Part shown: piece by piece, positions 8,704 through 18,376 of the stretch | How the letters are laid out: the number at the start of each line of letters is the position of its first letter | How positions within the stretch are numbered: position 1 is the stretch's first letter | Source of the DNA: Sphingomonas sp. | Lineage (GTDB): Bacteria > Pseudomonadota > Alphaproteobacteria > Sphingomonadales > Sphingomonadaceae | Assembly: GCF_004799495.1 (NCBI RefSeq) | Contig: NZ_SSMY01000008.1 | Coordinates: forward strand, 215,690-279,689 | Direction: 5' to 3' | DNA length: 64,000 nucleotides | Notes under the pieces: model-generated | What the model was told of the DNA's origin: nothing | What the model saw: the letters and a program-made list of their open reading frames with translations, nothing else | Database searches by the model: none | Made by a program: the position numbers and the translations under genes

Positions 8704-10706
8704 CGGCGCGGTTTCCCGGTCAGATCGACTCGCCCGATCTCGCGGATGCGGCCCTTGTCCATCTGTCCTTCGACCAGGTCGGTGCCCATCAGCGCGAGGA
8801 TCCGTCCGCCGGTGAAGATCGGCCGCGAATTGCCGTACCAGTCGATGCACGACACCGCGCAAGCATAGCCGTTCGCTGGCTTGCCGTCGCCGGGCACCAG
8901 CTCGCCCGCAGGGTCGAGCTGCTTGGCGCGATCGAACCCGATGAACGACAGCGCCGAGGCATTGCTGTCAGACCAGCCGCGCCCGCTGCGCCATTCGCGT
9001 ACCGTGGTGGGGAGGCCGAGCAGCCCGCTGTCGTCGGGCCTCACCCAGGCGTTGAACGCGTGGCTGCGGCCCTCGCTCTCGAACCGGCTGGCGAGCAAGA
9101 CGGTCGAGGCGATGCGCGGACGACCGGCCAGGCTGACGTAGCTGATCGACAGCCCCTTGGCGTCGCGATAGCCGCTGACCATCGCGTCGTTGCCGGTGCG
9201 CTCGATCCGGATCGCATTGTGCGGGATGGTGAGCCTGGTGGTCGCCCAGGGCCGCGCGACGGGCACGGCGTAGAGGCTCGTTGTGACCGGCGGCTTCGAG
9301 TCGTCGGGCGCGCTCGAATCCCACCCGGTGCGCCCGCCATAGACCAGCCAGTCGCCGACGAAGCGATTCTCGAGCTGCCCGCCCTCGATCGGCGGCAGCG
9401 GGGCATAGACCGCCGGCGCGATGTGGCGGATGCGCGCCGAAAACGCCGATAGCGGCACGTCGAGCAGCGCCAGCGGCTTGGCCGCGTCGTACGGCGCGCA
9501 ATCGCCCGACACGCGCCCGAGCAAGGCGCGCAGATGCCCGCCCGCCGCGTCGAACGCGAACTGGTCCGACGGCACGCCCTCGACCGCGACCGCGCCGATC
9601 GGCGCACCGCTGACCGGAATCTTGTAGAGCAACGCCGCATCGGCGCCGCGGTCGCGCCATTCCTCGCCCGCGCGGCAGGCCTTGCGGCGCATGTTGCCGT
9701 AATCGATCCCCCACGGGTTGCCGCTCGGCGCGCCGATCCACAGGAAGGCGTCGGTCGGCGAGAGGTAGAATTCGCGCATTTCCGGCCCGACGAACGCCGT
9801 GGTGCGGCATTGCAGCCCGGCCTTGAGCGGGCAGAACGAGACGGCGTGGAGCACCGGATCGTCGATCTTGCCGGGCGGCGCGTAGATGTCGGTCGCGCTC
9901 AGCAGCGCCTTGCCGCGGTCGGCCTCGCCATCGCCGTCGGCGCGGCGGACGCGCGGGTATTTGAAACCCTGGTCGCCGTCGGACAGATCGACCGGCGTGT
10001 AGATGACGAGCGTGTCGCCGATCAGCCGAGTCGCGTAATTGTCGGTCGAATAATAATCGTTCGAGCTGATCAGATAGCGCCCCTCGCGGCGCAGCCGCCC
10101 GTCGGGCGCCATCCGGAGCACGGTGATCTCGCTCGCTTCTTCATTGTAGTTGTACGCGGTGACGAGGATGCGGTCGCCGAGCACGAGCATCTCGTCGTAC
10201 CAGCTCGCCGCCTTTTCCTCGCTGCGATAGACGTCGATGCGGTCGGCGAGGCGCAGCGGCGCGCCCTCGCCCGGGCCGAGATCGACGCTGAACACGCGCC
10301 CGTCCTGCAGCACGACCAGATAATTGCCGATCTGCTTGACGATCCCGCCTTCGTCGACCCCGACATTCTGGTTGTTGGTGATGTTGGGGTTGGCGACACG
10401 GCTGCCGGTGACGACGATCGCGCCGGCCGACTTGTCCGCCATCGGCGCGGGAGCCGAAGGTGGCGGCGGTGCGGCGGGTGCCACGACCGGCGCGGGGGGC
10501 GGCGGCACCGTTTCATATACGCGGCGATCGGGGACGAGGCTTTTGAGGTAGCGGCGGAACGCGGCTTCGGACGTGAAGCGCTGGAGCACCGGCCCGGCCC
10601 GGCCGTCGAACAGTTTCGCGTTGGGATCGGTCCGCGCCGATTCGGCGGTGCCGGCGGCGATCAGCAACGTGACGGCGATTGCCGACCGGACGATTCGAGC
10701 GATCAT
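8700..10706 (-). CDS. Secreted protein with C-terminal beta-propeller domain
   Basis: Signal peptide, Pro-rich linker, ITNNQNVGVDEGGIVK motif typical of the Beta_propel family, C-terminal C..SCIDWYGNSRPIF. Confidence 0.8.
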   Translation of the reverse strand: MIARIVRSAIAVTLLIAAGTAESARTDPNAKLFDGRAGPVLQRFTSEAAFRRYLKSLVPDRRVYETVPPPPAPVVAPAAPPPPSAPAPMADKSAGAIVVTGSRVANPNITNNQNVGVDEGGIVKQIGNYLVVLQDGRVFSVDLGPGEGAPLRLADRIDVYRSEEKAASWYDEMLVLGDRILVTAYNYNEEASEITVLRMAPDGRLRREGRYLISSNDYYSTDNYATRLIGDTLVIYTPVDLSDGDQGFKYPRVRRADGDGEADRGKALLSATDIYAPPGKIDDPVLHAVSFCPLKAGLQCRTTAFVGPEMREFYLSPTDAFLWIGAPSGNPWGIDYGNMRRKACRAGEEWRDRGADAALLYKIPVSGAPIGAVAVEGVPSDQFAFDAAGGHLRALLGRVSGDCAPYDAAKPLALLDVPLSAFSARIRHIAPAVYAPLPPIEGGQLENRFVGDWLVYGGRTGWDSSAPDDSKPPVTTSLYAVPVARPWATTRLTIPHNAIRIERTGNDAMVSGYRDAKGLSISYVSLAGRPRIASTVLLASRFESEGRSHAFNAWVRPDDSGLLGLPTTVREWRSGRGWSDSNASALSFIGFDRAKQLDPAGELVPGDGKPANGYACAVSCIDWYGNSRPIFTGGRILALMGTDLVEGQMDKGRIREIGRVDLTGKPRR

Positions 10707-10821
10707 CTCGGACTCCCCTTACAGCCTCGAGTGACGAGCCTAGGGCCGCGAACCTGAACGGCAAGCGAATGATACAGGATAACGTTGTTTGGCGATCCTT
10801 CCCCTTCCGCGAGAGGATATG

Positions 10822-10854
10822 AAAAAGCCCGGCGCGATCGCTCGCGCCGGGCTT
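10822..10854 (-). terminator. Intrinsic terminator of the cold-shock gene
   Basis: 13-bp stem AAGCCCGGCGCGA/TCGCGCCGGGCTT with a U-tract on the minus strand. Confidence 0.85.
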
Positions 10855-10876
10855 CTCATCCCCGCTCGGGGAAAGA

Positions 10877-11668
10877 TCAGATCGCGGTCAGGTTCACCGC
10901 CGCATATTTGCCGCGGCGATTGTCGACCTCGAGCTCGAACTCGAGCCGGTCGCCTTCATTGAGGTTGGTCATGCCGGCGCGTTCCACCGCGGAGATGTGG
11001 ACGAACGCATCGGGTTGGCCGTCGTCGCGCTGGATGAAGCCGAAGCCCTTCATCGCGTTGAAGAACTTGACCGTGCCGGTCGCCTTCTCGCCGGTCAGCT
11101 CGCGGCCACCGCCACCGCCACCGCGCGGGCCCTCGTCGCGATCGCGCGGCGGGCCGCGGTCGGTCACCGGGAGCGGCTCGCCCTCGATCTTGAGGTCGGT
11201 CGCCGAGATGCGCCCGCCGCGATCGACCAGGGTGAAGCCGAGCGGCTGACCTTCGGCCAGGCCGGTCAGCCCGGCCTGCTCGACCGCGCTGATGTGGACG
11301 AAGACGTCCTCGCCGCCGTCATCGCGAACGACGAAGCCGAAGCCCTTTTGCGCGTTGAAGAATTTGACCACGCCGGTGCCTTCGCCGACGACCTGCGGGG
11401 GCATGCCGCCACCGCCGCCGCCACGGAAGCCGCCGCCACCGCCACCGCGGAATCCACCGCCGCCGCCGCCGAAGCCGCCGCCACCACCGCCGCGATAGCC
11501 ACCGCCACCGCCGCCATAGCCGCCACCGCCGCCGAACCGGTCACCGCCGCCGAAGCCGCCGCCACCGAAATCACCGCCGCCGCCGCCAAAATCGTCACCG
11601 CCGAAATTGTCGCGCTTGTCGCGGCCGCGCCCACCACGGTTACCGCGGCCACCTTTATCGAAACTCAT
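10877..11668 (-). CDS. Cold-shock protein with two CSD domains and a Gly-rich N-terminus
   Basis: Two GxVKFFNxxKGFGF...D(V/A)FVHISA repeats, preceded by about 85 aa of G/F/Y/R low complexity. Confidence 0.92.
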   Translation of the reverse strand: MSFDKGGRGNRGGRGRDKRDNFGGDDFGGGGGDFGGGGFGGGDRFGGGGGYGGGGGGYRGGGGGGFGGGGGGFRGGGGGGFRGGGGGGMPPQVVGEGTGVVKFFNAQKGFGFVVRDDGGEDVFVHISAVEQAGLTGLAEGQPLGFTLVDRGGRISATDLKIEGEPLPVTDRGPPRDRDEGPRGGGGGGRELTGEKATGTVKFFNAMKGFGFIQRDDGQPDAFVHISAVERAGMTNLNEGDRLEFELEVDNRRGKYAAVNLTAI

Positions 11669-11873
11669 GCCCTGTTCGTCTTTCCGGTCCGCCCAAAATC
11701 CCATTCAAGGACCAACACGCCGGACGACGGACGCAGTCCTTCGGACGCAAACAACAGCGCCGCTAGCGTTCCTTAGCCCAAAATACCGGATGCCGCGAAC
11801 AAATTCGTCTCCGTTCCCGCGCTTGTCATCGCGAAACTTGCGCAGGCGTTGCCGAGACGGCACAGCCCGGGGC

Positions 11874-12671
11874 ATGTCGATCCTTCACCTCCTGTTCGAT
11901 CCCGCCGCCTGGGCGGCGTTGCTGACGCTGATCGTGATGGAGGTCGTGCTCGGTATCGACAACCTCGTGTTCGTCGCGATCCTGTCGAACAAATTGCCCG
12001 AGGCGCAGCGCGCGCGGACGCGGCGAATCGGGCTTGGGCTCGCGCTAGTCATGCGAATCGCGCTGCTGTTCTCGATCTTCTGGATCGTCGGGATGGTGAA
12101 GCCGGTATTCGACCTGGGGCTGGCCGGCGCGCCCGATTCGCACGGCAATCCGAGTTTCGAGACAAGGTTTTCGGTGCGCGACCTGATCCTGATCGCGGGT
12201 GGCGTGTTCCTGCTCTACAAGGCGACGACCGAGATCCACCACAGCGTCGACCCGGCCGAGTCCGATTCGGCGTTCGACAAGACCGGCAGCCGCAAGACGC
12301 TGAGCTTCGGCGCCGCGATCGCGCAGATCGTGCTCCTCGACCTCGTCTTCTCGATCGATTCGATCCTGACCGCGGTGGGGATGACCGACGAATTGCCGAT
12401 CATGATCGCGGCGGTGGTGGTGGCGGTCGGCGTGATGCTGCTCGCCGCCGACCCACTCGCCAATTTCATCAACCGCAACCCGAGCGTAGTGATGCTCGCG
12501 CTCGGCTTCCTGCTGATGATCGGGCTGGTGCTGATCGCCGACGGGTTCGGCGTCCATGTGCCCAAGGGCTATGTCTACACCGCTATGGCGTTCTCGGCGG
12601 CGGTCGAGACGCTCAATATCTGGCGCCGGCGCGCGGCGGAACGCCATGGCGGTAACGGTACCAGCCATTGA
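11874..12671 (+). CDS. TerC family membrane protein
   Basis: [12 protein letters not shown] and [14 protein letters not shown] motifs. Confidence 0.92.
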   Translation: MSILHLLFDPAAWAALLTLIVMEVVLGIDNLVFVAILSNKLPEAQRARTRRIGLGLALVMRIALLFSIFWIVGMVKPVFDLGLAGAPDSHGNPSFETRFSVRDLILIAGGVFLLYKATTEIHHSVDPAESDSAFDKTGSRKTLSFGAAIAQIVLLDLVFSIDSILTAVGMTDELPIMIAAVVVAVGVMLLAADPLANFINRNPSVVMLALGFLLMIGLVLIADGFGVHVPKGYVYTAMAFSAAVETLNIWRRRAAERHGGNGTSH

Positions 12672-12702
12672 GCGTTCATCGCCAAGGCGTTAAGGCCGCG
12701 CG

Positions 12703-13323
12703 ATGACGGTTCATCTGCACGAGGAAGACATTCCGGCCGACCTGTTCGCGCCCGGCGCGGCGATCGCGGTCGATACCGAGACTATGGGGCTGATCACCCC
12801 ACGCGACCGGCTGTGCCTGGTCCAGCTGTCGGACGGCGGACCCGATGAGCATCTGGTGCGCTTTGCGGCCGGCAGCGACTATGCCGCGCCCAATCTGAAG
12901 GCGCTGCTTGCGGACCCCGGACGCGACAAGCTCTATCATTTCGCGCGGTTCGATCTCGCCGCGATCAAGCACTATCTCGGCGTCACCGCCGCCCCGGTCT
13001 ATTGCACCAAGACCGCGTCGCGGCTGGTGCGCACCTATACCGACCGGCACGGGTTGAAGGAGCTCGTCCGCGAACTGCTCGGTCAGGATATCTCGAAGCA
13101 GCAGCAATCGTCCGACTGGGGCGGGGCCGATTTGAGCGACGCGCAGAAGGATTATGCCGCCTCCGACGTGCGCTATCTCCACAGGATGCGCGACGAGCTC
13201 GATCGCCGCCTGGCGCGCGAAGGCCGCACCGAGCTGGCCCAGGCGTGCTTCGATTTCCTGCCGTGGCGCGCCGAGCTCGACCTCGCCGGCTGGCCCGAGG
13301 TCGATATCTTCGCGCATGTCTAA
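12703..13323 (+). CDS. rnd: Ribonuclease D (DEDD 3'-5' exonuclease)
   Basis: AVDTETMGL, LCLVQL, HFARFD, QKDYAASDV. Confidence 0.9.
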   Translation: MTVHLHEEDIPADLFAPGAAIAVDTETMGLITPRDRLCLVQLSDGGPDEHLVRFAAGSDYAAPNLKALLADPGRDKLYHFARFDLAAIKHYLGVTAAPVYCTKTASRLVRTYTDRHGLKELVRELLGQDISKQQQSSDWGGADLSDAQKDYAASDVRYLHRMRDELDRRLAREGRTELAQACFDFLPWRAELDLAGWPEVDIFAHV

Positions 13324-13954
13324 ACTGGCCGCCAGGAAGCGGTCCGAGCGCCAGCATTGGGCCGCACCCGGGAGCGCGCACGATCACCTCGTCGCGGTGC
13401 TCCGCGTCGTCCTGCCGTCGGCGGTCGGCGTGGTCGCGGCGTTGATGGTGTTCCTGCCGCTGACCTCGGGTGGCGACGTCAGCTTCGTGCTCGACAAGAA
13501 CAAGGTCGAAGTCTCCAAGGAGCGCCTCAAGGTCGAGGCCGCGAACTATCGCGGGCAGGACGACAAGGGCCGGCCGTTCGTGCTGACCGCGCAAAGCGCG
13601 CTGCAAAAAAGCGCTGCCGAACCGATCGTCGACATGCAGCAGCTGGAGGCGAAGATGCAATTGCCCAACGGCCTTGCGACGCTGCAGGCGCCGAGCGGCA
13701 AGTTCAACCCGATCAACCAGCAAGTCGAGGTCGCCGGGCCGATCACCTTCGCCGGGCCCAACGGGTACAGCCTGCAGGGCAACGCCGCGACGGTCGACAT
13801 GAAGAAGAAGACGATGATGGGCAGCAACGGCGTGTCGGGCACGGTGCCGCAGGGTACCTTCACCGCCGATTCGATGACCGCCGACCTCGACAATCGCTCG
13901 GTCAGCCTCAACGGCCATGCGCGCTTGCGCATCATGCCGCGACGCGCGAAATAG
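13316..13954 (+). CDS. lptC: Lpt periplasmic bridge anchor LptC
   Basis: Single N-terminal TM, YRGQDDKGRPF, beta-jellyroll-like; immediately upstream of lptA-lptB. Confidence 0.85.
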   Translation: MSKLAARKRSERQHWAAPGSAHDHLVAVLRVVLPSAVGVVAALMVFLPLTSGGDVSFVLDKNKVEVSKERLKVEAANYRGQDDKGRPFVLTAQSALQKSAAEPIVDMQQLEAKMQLPNGLATLQAPSGKFNPINQQVEVAGPITFAGPNGYSLQGNAATVDMKKKTMMGSNGVSGTVPQGTFTADSMTADLDNRSVSLNGHARLRIMPRRAK

Positions 13955-13960
13955 CCCGCC

Positions 13961-14467
13961 ATGCGCATCGCCCTTCGCCTCATCGCCCTCGCCGCCCTGA
14001 CCGCCAGCGTCGCGGCGCCCGCGCAGCAGCGGCACGACACCAACGCGCCGATCAGTTTCGACGCGCCGCACGCCGAGCTCCAGGATCAGCAGGGGCGCGC
14101 GATCCTGTCGGGCGGGGTCATCATCAAGCAGGCCGAGATGACGCTGACCGCGTCGCGCGTGACCGTCACCTATTCGGGCAAGGCGCTAAGCGGCGGGTCG
14201 CCGCAGGCATCGCGGATCGACGCATCGGGCGGGGTCGTCGTGACTCGGCCCGATCAGCGCGCGAGCGGGTCGTACGGCGTGTACGATCTCGGCCGGCGGA
14301 CGATCATCATGCTCGGCGGCGTCCGGCTGACGCAGGGCGCCAACACCGTGAACGGCAACCGCCTGACGATCAATCTCGACACCGGGCGCGCGGTGATCGA
14401 CGGGTCGGGCGGCTCGTCGGGCGGGCGGGTCACCGGGACGTTCTCCGCTCCCAAACGCAACCAGTAA
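13961..14467 (+). CDS. lptA: LptA/OstA family protein
   Basis: Signal peptide; PISFDA, G.V.L.QG...VNG.RL.INL, GRVTGTF. Confidence 0.85.
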   Translation: MRIALRLIALAALTASVAAPAQQRHDTNAPISFDAPHAELQDQQGRAILSGGVIIKQAEMTLTASRVTVTYSGKALSGGSPQASRIDASGGVVVTRPDQRASGSYGVYDLGRRTIIMLGGVRLTQGANTVNGNRLTINLDTGRAVIDGSGGSSGGRVTGTFSAPKRNQ

Positions 14468-14542
14468 GCACAAATTTCGGCGAAATCGTCGCGTGGCGCT
14501 TCCCTTTGCGCCGCGCTGCGGGCATGAATTCGGCGTGCGCCA

Positions 14543-14558
14543 TGCACGAAGCTTGCCA
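14543..14558 (-). promoter_or_regulatory. Sigma54-like -24/-12 site in reverse orientation
   Basis: Minus strand TGGCAAG-CTTC-GTGCA keeps the invariant GG and GC at the correct spacing. Confidence 0.4.
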
Positions 14559-14570
14559 ATTGGCCAGGCG

Positions 14571-14586
14571 GTAACCATTCGCTAAC
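14571..14586 (+). promoter_or_regulatory. CtrA-like box upstream of lptB-rpoN
   Basis: GTAA-ccattcg-CTAAC; two mismatches to the consensus. Confidence 0.35.
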
Positions 14587-14613
14587 CAAGACGCGGGCAA
14601 ATCGGGAGCCGGT

Positions 14614-15390
14614 ATGGACCAGACGACCACCCTCGACGCGATCGATCCGATCGCCGAAGCTCCCCGGATGGACGGGCTGTCGGTGGTGTCGATCGCCAAG
14701 TCGTACGACAAGCGCGTCGTACTCTCCGACGTGTCGGTGTCGGTCGGCAAGGGCGAGGTGATCGGGCTGCTCGGCCCCAACGGCGCGGGCAAGACGACCT
14801 GCTTCTATTCGGTGATGGGGCTGGTGAAACCCGATTCGGGCCGCATCATGCTCGACGGCGACGATATCACCGGGCTGCCGATGTACCGGCGCGCGATCCT
14901 CGGGCTCGGCTATTTGCCGCAGGAAACCTCGATCTTCCGTGGTCTGTCGGTCGAAAAGAACATCCTCGCGGTGCTCGAGCTCGCCGAGCCCGACAAGGCG
15001 GCGCGCGCGGCGCGGCTCGATCAATTGCTCGACGAATTCGGGCTGACGCGGCTGCGCGATGCACCCGCGATGGCACTGTCGGGCGGCGAGCGGCGGCGGG
15101 CGGAGATCGCGCGCGCGCTCGCGGCGAACCCGTCGATCATGCTCCTCGACGAGCCGTTCGCCGGGATCGACCCGCTGTCGATCAGCGACATTCGCGACCT
15201 GATCGTCGAACTGAAGAAGCGCGGGATCGGCGTGCTGATCACCGACCATAACGTGCGCGAGACACTCGACATCGTCGACCGCGGCTACATCATCTACGAT
15301 GGCCGCGTGCTGTTCGCCGGCACCCCGCAGGAACTCGTCGCCGACGAGAATGTCCGCCGCCTGTATCTCGGCGAGAGTTTCACGCTGTAG
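14614..15390 (+). CDS. lptB: Lpt ABC ATPase LptB
   Basis: GPNGAGKT, YLPQE, LSGGERRR, LLDEPFAGIDP, ITDHNVRETL. Confidence 0.97.
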   Translation: MDQTTTLDAIDPIAEAPRMDGLSVVSIAKSYDKRVVLSDVSVSVGKGEVIGLLGPNGAGKTTCFYSVMGLVKPDSGRIMLDGDDITGLPMYRRAILGLGYLPQETSIFRGLSVEKNILAVLELAEPDKAARAARLDQLLDEFGLTRLRDAPAMALSGGERRRAEIARALAANPSIMLLDEPFAGIDPLSISDIRDLIVELKKRGIGVLITDHNVRETLDIVDRGYIIYDGRVLFAGTPQELVADENVRRLYLGESFTL

Positions 15391-15392
15391 CC

Positions 15393-16886
15393 ATGTCTCT
15401 CGCGCCTCGCCTCGATCTTCGGCAGTCGCAATCGCTGGTGATGACGCCGCAGCTGCAGCAGGCGATCCGCCTGCTCGCGCTCAGCAATCTCGAGGTCGAG
15501 ACGTTCATCGCCGAGGAGATCGAGCGCAACCCGCTGCTCGACAGCGTCGGGCAGGAAGATGACGGTCCGACGCAGGAGCGCGAGCCCGAGGCCGCCGCGA
15601 GCGACGAGCCGGCGAGCGCCGACGCCTTGCTCAACGGCGACAGTGGCGGCGAGGCGGCGCTCGACGTCGATTTCGCGGCGGAAAGCTTCCACCACGACAG
15701 CGCCGCCGATCAGGCCGGGATGGACGGCTCGCTCGGGATGAACGGCGGGTCGGGCGGGATGCCCGAGGACGGGCCGGACCTCGACGCGTTCGCCGACACC
15801 TCGCTCAGCCTCGCGGATCATTTGCTCCAGCAGGCCGGAGAAGTTTTGAGCGGGCACGACCTGTTCGTGGCGCAGCACCTGATCGACCTGATCGACGAGG
15901 CAGGGTACCTCACCACGCCGCTGCTCGATGTCGCGACCCGGCTGAACGCGCCGCGCGACGAGGTCGAGCGCGTGCTGAAGGTCATCCAGACCTTCGACCC
16001 GACCGGCGTCGGTGCGCGCGACCTCGCCGAATGCCTCGCGCTCCAGGCAAAGGAGGCCGACCGCTACGATCCGTGCATGGCGCGGCTGATCGACAACCTC
16101 GACCTCGTCGCGCGCGGCGACCTCGCGCGATTGAAGCGGATGTGCGACGTCGACGACGAAGACCTTGCCGATATGATCCGCGAATTGCGCAATTACGACC
16201 CCAAGCCCGGCTGCAAATTCGGCGGCGAGGCGATGCAGGCGGTGACCCCGGACCTGTTCATCGCGCGGCGTAAGGACGGCTGGGCGATCGAGATCAACGC
16301 CGCGACGCTCCCGCGCCTGCTGGTCAACCGCAGCTATTATGTCGAGCTGTCGTCGGGCCCGCAGGACAAGGCGTCGAAGGCGTGGCTGTCGGACATGCTC
16401 GCCAGCGCCAACTGGCTGGTGAAAGCGCTCGACCAGCGCCAGCGGACGATCATCAAGGTCGCGAGCGAGATCGTGAAGCAGCAGGAAGCGTTTTTCTTGC
16501 ACGGCGTCGCGCATCTCAAGCCAATGACGCTCAAACAAGTCGCCGACGCGATCGAGATGCACGAATCGACCGTCAGCCGCGTCACCTCGAACAAATATCT
16601 CAGCTGCGCGCGCGGACTGTTCGAGCTGAAGTATTTCTTCACGTCGGCGATCCAGTCGGCCGACGGCGGCGACGCGGTGTCGGCGGAAGCCGTCAAGTCC
16701 GCGATCCGCGCGCTGATCACCGCGGAAGATCCGAAGGCGATCCTGTCGGACGACACCTTGGTCGACATGCTCAACGCCAAGGGCTTCGGCATCGCGCGGC
16801 GCACGGTGGCGAAATACCGCGAGGCGATGGGGATCGGTTCGTCGGTCCAGCGGCGGCGGCAGAAAGCGCTCGAAGGCGTCGGCTAA
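15393..16886 (+). CDS. rpoN: RNA polymerase sigma-54 factor
   Basis: QSLVMTPQLQQAI, HESTVSRVT, RpoN box ARRTVAKYRE. Confidence 0.98.
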   Translation: MSLAPRLDLRQSQSLVMTPQLQQAIRLLALSNLEVETFIAEEIERNPLLDSVGQEDDGPTQEREPEAAASDEPASADALLNGDSGGEAALDVDFAAESFHHDSAADQAGMDGSLGMNGGSGGMPEDGPDLDAFADTSLSLADHLLQQAGEVLSGHDLFVAQHLIDLIDEAGYLTTPLLDVATRLNAPRDEVERVLKVIQTFDPTGVGARDLAECLALQAKEADRYDPCMARLIDNLDLVARGDLARLKRMCDVDDEDLADMIRELRNYDPKPGCKFGGEAMQAVTPDLFIARRKDGWAIEINAATLPRLLVNRSYYVELSSGPQDKASKAWLSDMLASANWLVKALDQRQRTIIKVASEIVKQQEAFFLHGVAHLKPMTLKQVADAIEMHESTVSRVTSNKYLSCARGLFELKYFFTSAIQSADGGDAVSAEAVKSAIRALITAEDPKAILSDDTLVDMLNAKGFGIARRTVAKYREAMGIGSSVQRRRQKALEGVG

Positions 16887-16927
16887 GCCTTAGTAATTCG
16901 GCAAAACTTATCGGCTATCGCGGGGCT

Positions 16928-17317
16928 ATGACCGCGCACTTCACCGTCGCCGCCGACCCGGCCCGCGATCTCGTCCGGATCAAGATGTCCGGGTTCTTCA
17001 CGCCCGCCGACATCGACGCTTTCTATGCGGCGCGCGCGGCCGAGCACGCCAAGCTGACCTGCGGGCGCAACCAGCACCTGACGCTCAACGACCTGCGCGA
17101 CATGAAGGTGCAGGCGCAGGATGTGGTCGCGGCGTTTCAGTCGTTGCTCGCCGATCCGGCCTATCGTTCGCGCCGGCTGGCGTTCGTGGTGAGCCGGACG
17201 TTGGCGCGCAGCCAGTTGATGCGCGCGCTCGACCGACGCGTCGCGCGGTGCTTCGAGGATGCCCGCGAGGCCGAGGCCTGGCTGCTCGCGCCCGATGCCG
17301 ACACTATCGCCGCCTGA
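16928..17317 (+). CDS. Hypothetical protein, STAS/SEC14 (SpoIIAA-like)
   Basis: 129 aa with good codon usage; L.DLR and C-terminal F...EAEAWL pattern. Confidence 0.6.
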   Translation: MTAHFTVAADPARDLVRIKMSGFFTPADIDAFYAARAAEHAKLTCGRNQHLTLNDLRDMKVQAQDVVAAFQSLLADPAYRSRRLAFVVSRTLARSQLMRALDRRVARCFEDAREAEAWLLAPDADTIAA

Positions 17318-17368
17318 TTTGACCGCGCGGCCGCGATCGGCCTAGCCAGTCGGGCGAGGGAGAGCGGC

Positions 17369-17671
17369 ATGATCATCGTCACCGGCAGCGTCACCGCCAA
17401 GCCCGGCAGCTTCGAGGCCTTGCTCGACGCCGCCCAAGCGCACGTCCACCGCTCACGCACCGAGGACGGGTGCATCAGCCATGCGGTGCGGATCGACAGC
17501 GAGGAGCCGATGAAGCTCGTCTTCTTCGAGGAATGGCGCGACGTCGCGGCGCTACAGGCGCATTTCGCGACGCCCGGGGTGCAAGAATTGCTTGCCGCGT
17601 TCCGCGAGCATTCGTCCGCGAGCGAGAAGATCACCGCGTACGAGGCGACCAAGCTGCCGCCGCTCGTCTAG
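17369..17671 (+). CDS. ABM-family putative quinol monooxygenase
   Basis: SRTEDGCISH, FFEEWRD..AL.AHF. Confidence 0.85.
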   Translation: MIIVTGSVTAKPGSFEALLDAAQAHVHRSRTEDGCISHAVRIDSEEPMKLVFFEEWRDVAALQAHFATPGVQELLAAFREHSSASEKITAYEATKLPPLV

Positions 17672-18366
17672 TCGTAATCGACTTTTGGGTACCAGTCGAC
17701 TCCGCGACCCGCGGGGATGGTGTCGAGCACGTTCCACAGCGGCGACATCTCCGGCGCGCCGCGAGGGTCCTGTCCCGGGTCCTGCGTCCCGCCCAGCTCG
17801 CTGCCCCAGAAATGGCGAATGGTGCCGTCCGTGTCCCTGGTGAACACGTCGTAGGACGGCCAGTCGCCGTCGTCGTGCCACGCATGATGGTCGCGCCCGA
17901 ATGCCTCGGTCGGGTCGCTGAACAGCGGCAGCCCGCGCCAGCCGCGCTCCTCGGCGAAATCGTACAGCCGCGACACCGGCGAGCGCGCGATCACCGCCAG
18001 CCCGATTTTCTGCCGCAAATCGAGCGCGTTCGCGGCGAGCGCGCCGACGAATTGCGTGCACATCGGGCACGGCCGTTCGCGCTCCGGCCCGAACATATAG
18101 CAATAGGTGACGAGCGTATCGTGCCCCTCGAATAGATCGGCGAGGTGGACCGGGCCGTCCTTCCCTTCGAACACATAATCCTTGGTCACGACCGGCGCCT
18201 CAGGGAGCGCGCGGCGCTGTGCGGCGACGCGTTCGAGGTGGCGGCGCAGCTCGATTTCCTCGGCGATCAGCGAGGTCCGCGCCTTGGTGTAGGCGGCGCT
18301 TTCGCCCGGATAGGGGCGGTGCGCCTTGGCGGCGAGTTCGCTTGCCGGAATCAGGTCGTCGGCCAT
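17668..18366 (-). CDS. DUF899 family thioredoxin-like protein
   Basis: EEIELRRHLERVAAQRRALP, LADLF.G, CPMCT, LDTIPAGR. Confidence 0.85.
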   Translation of the reverse strand: MADDLIPASELAAKAHRPYPGESAAYTKARTSLIAEEIELRRHLERVAAQRRALPEAPVVTKDYVFEGKDGPVHLADLFEGHDTLVTYCYMFGPERERPCPMCTQFVGALAANALDLRQKIGLAVIARSPVSRLYDFAEERGWRGLPLFSDPTEAFGRDHHAWHDDGDWPSYDVFTRDTDGTIRHFWGSELGGTQDPGQDPRGAPEMSPLWNVLDTIPAGRGVDWYPKVDYD

Positions 18367-18376
18367 GCCGCGCTCC

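Noticed and set aside
10798-10875. Degenerate copy of the CCCTCTCCC hairpin element near the csp terminator
   Set aside because: Similarity is too short and decayed to support.
11669-11873. yybP-ykoY Mn riboswitch upstream of terC
   Set aside because: Expected from the gene family, but I could not find its conserved core sequence.
14542-14557. Forward-strand sigma54 promoter for lptB-rpoN (ATGCACG-N4-TTGC)
   Set aside because: Lacks the invariant GG at -24; only the reverse-strand reading keeps GG and GC.
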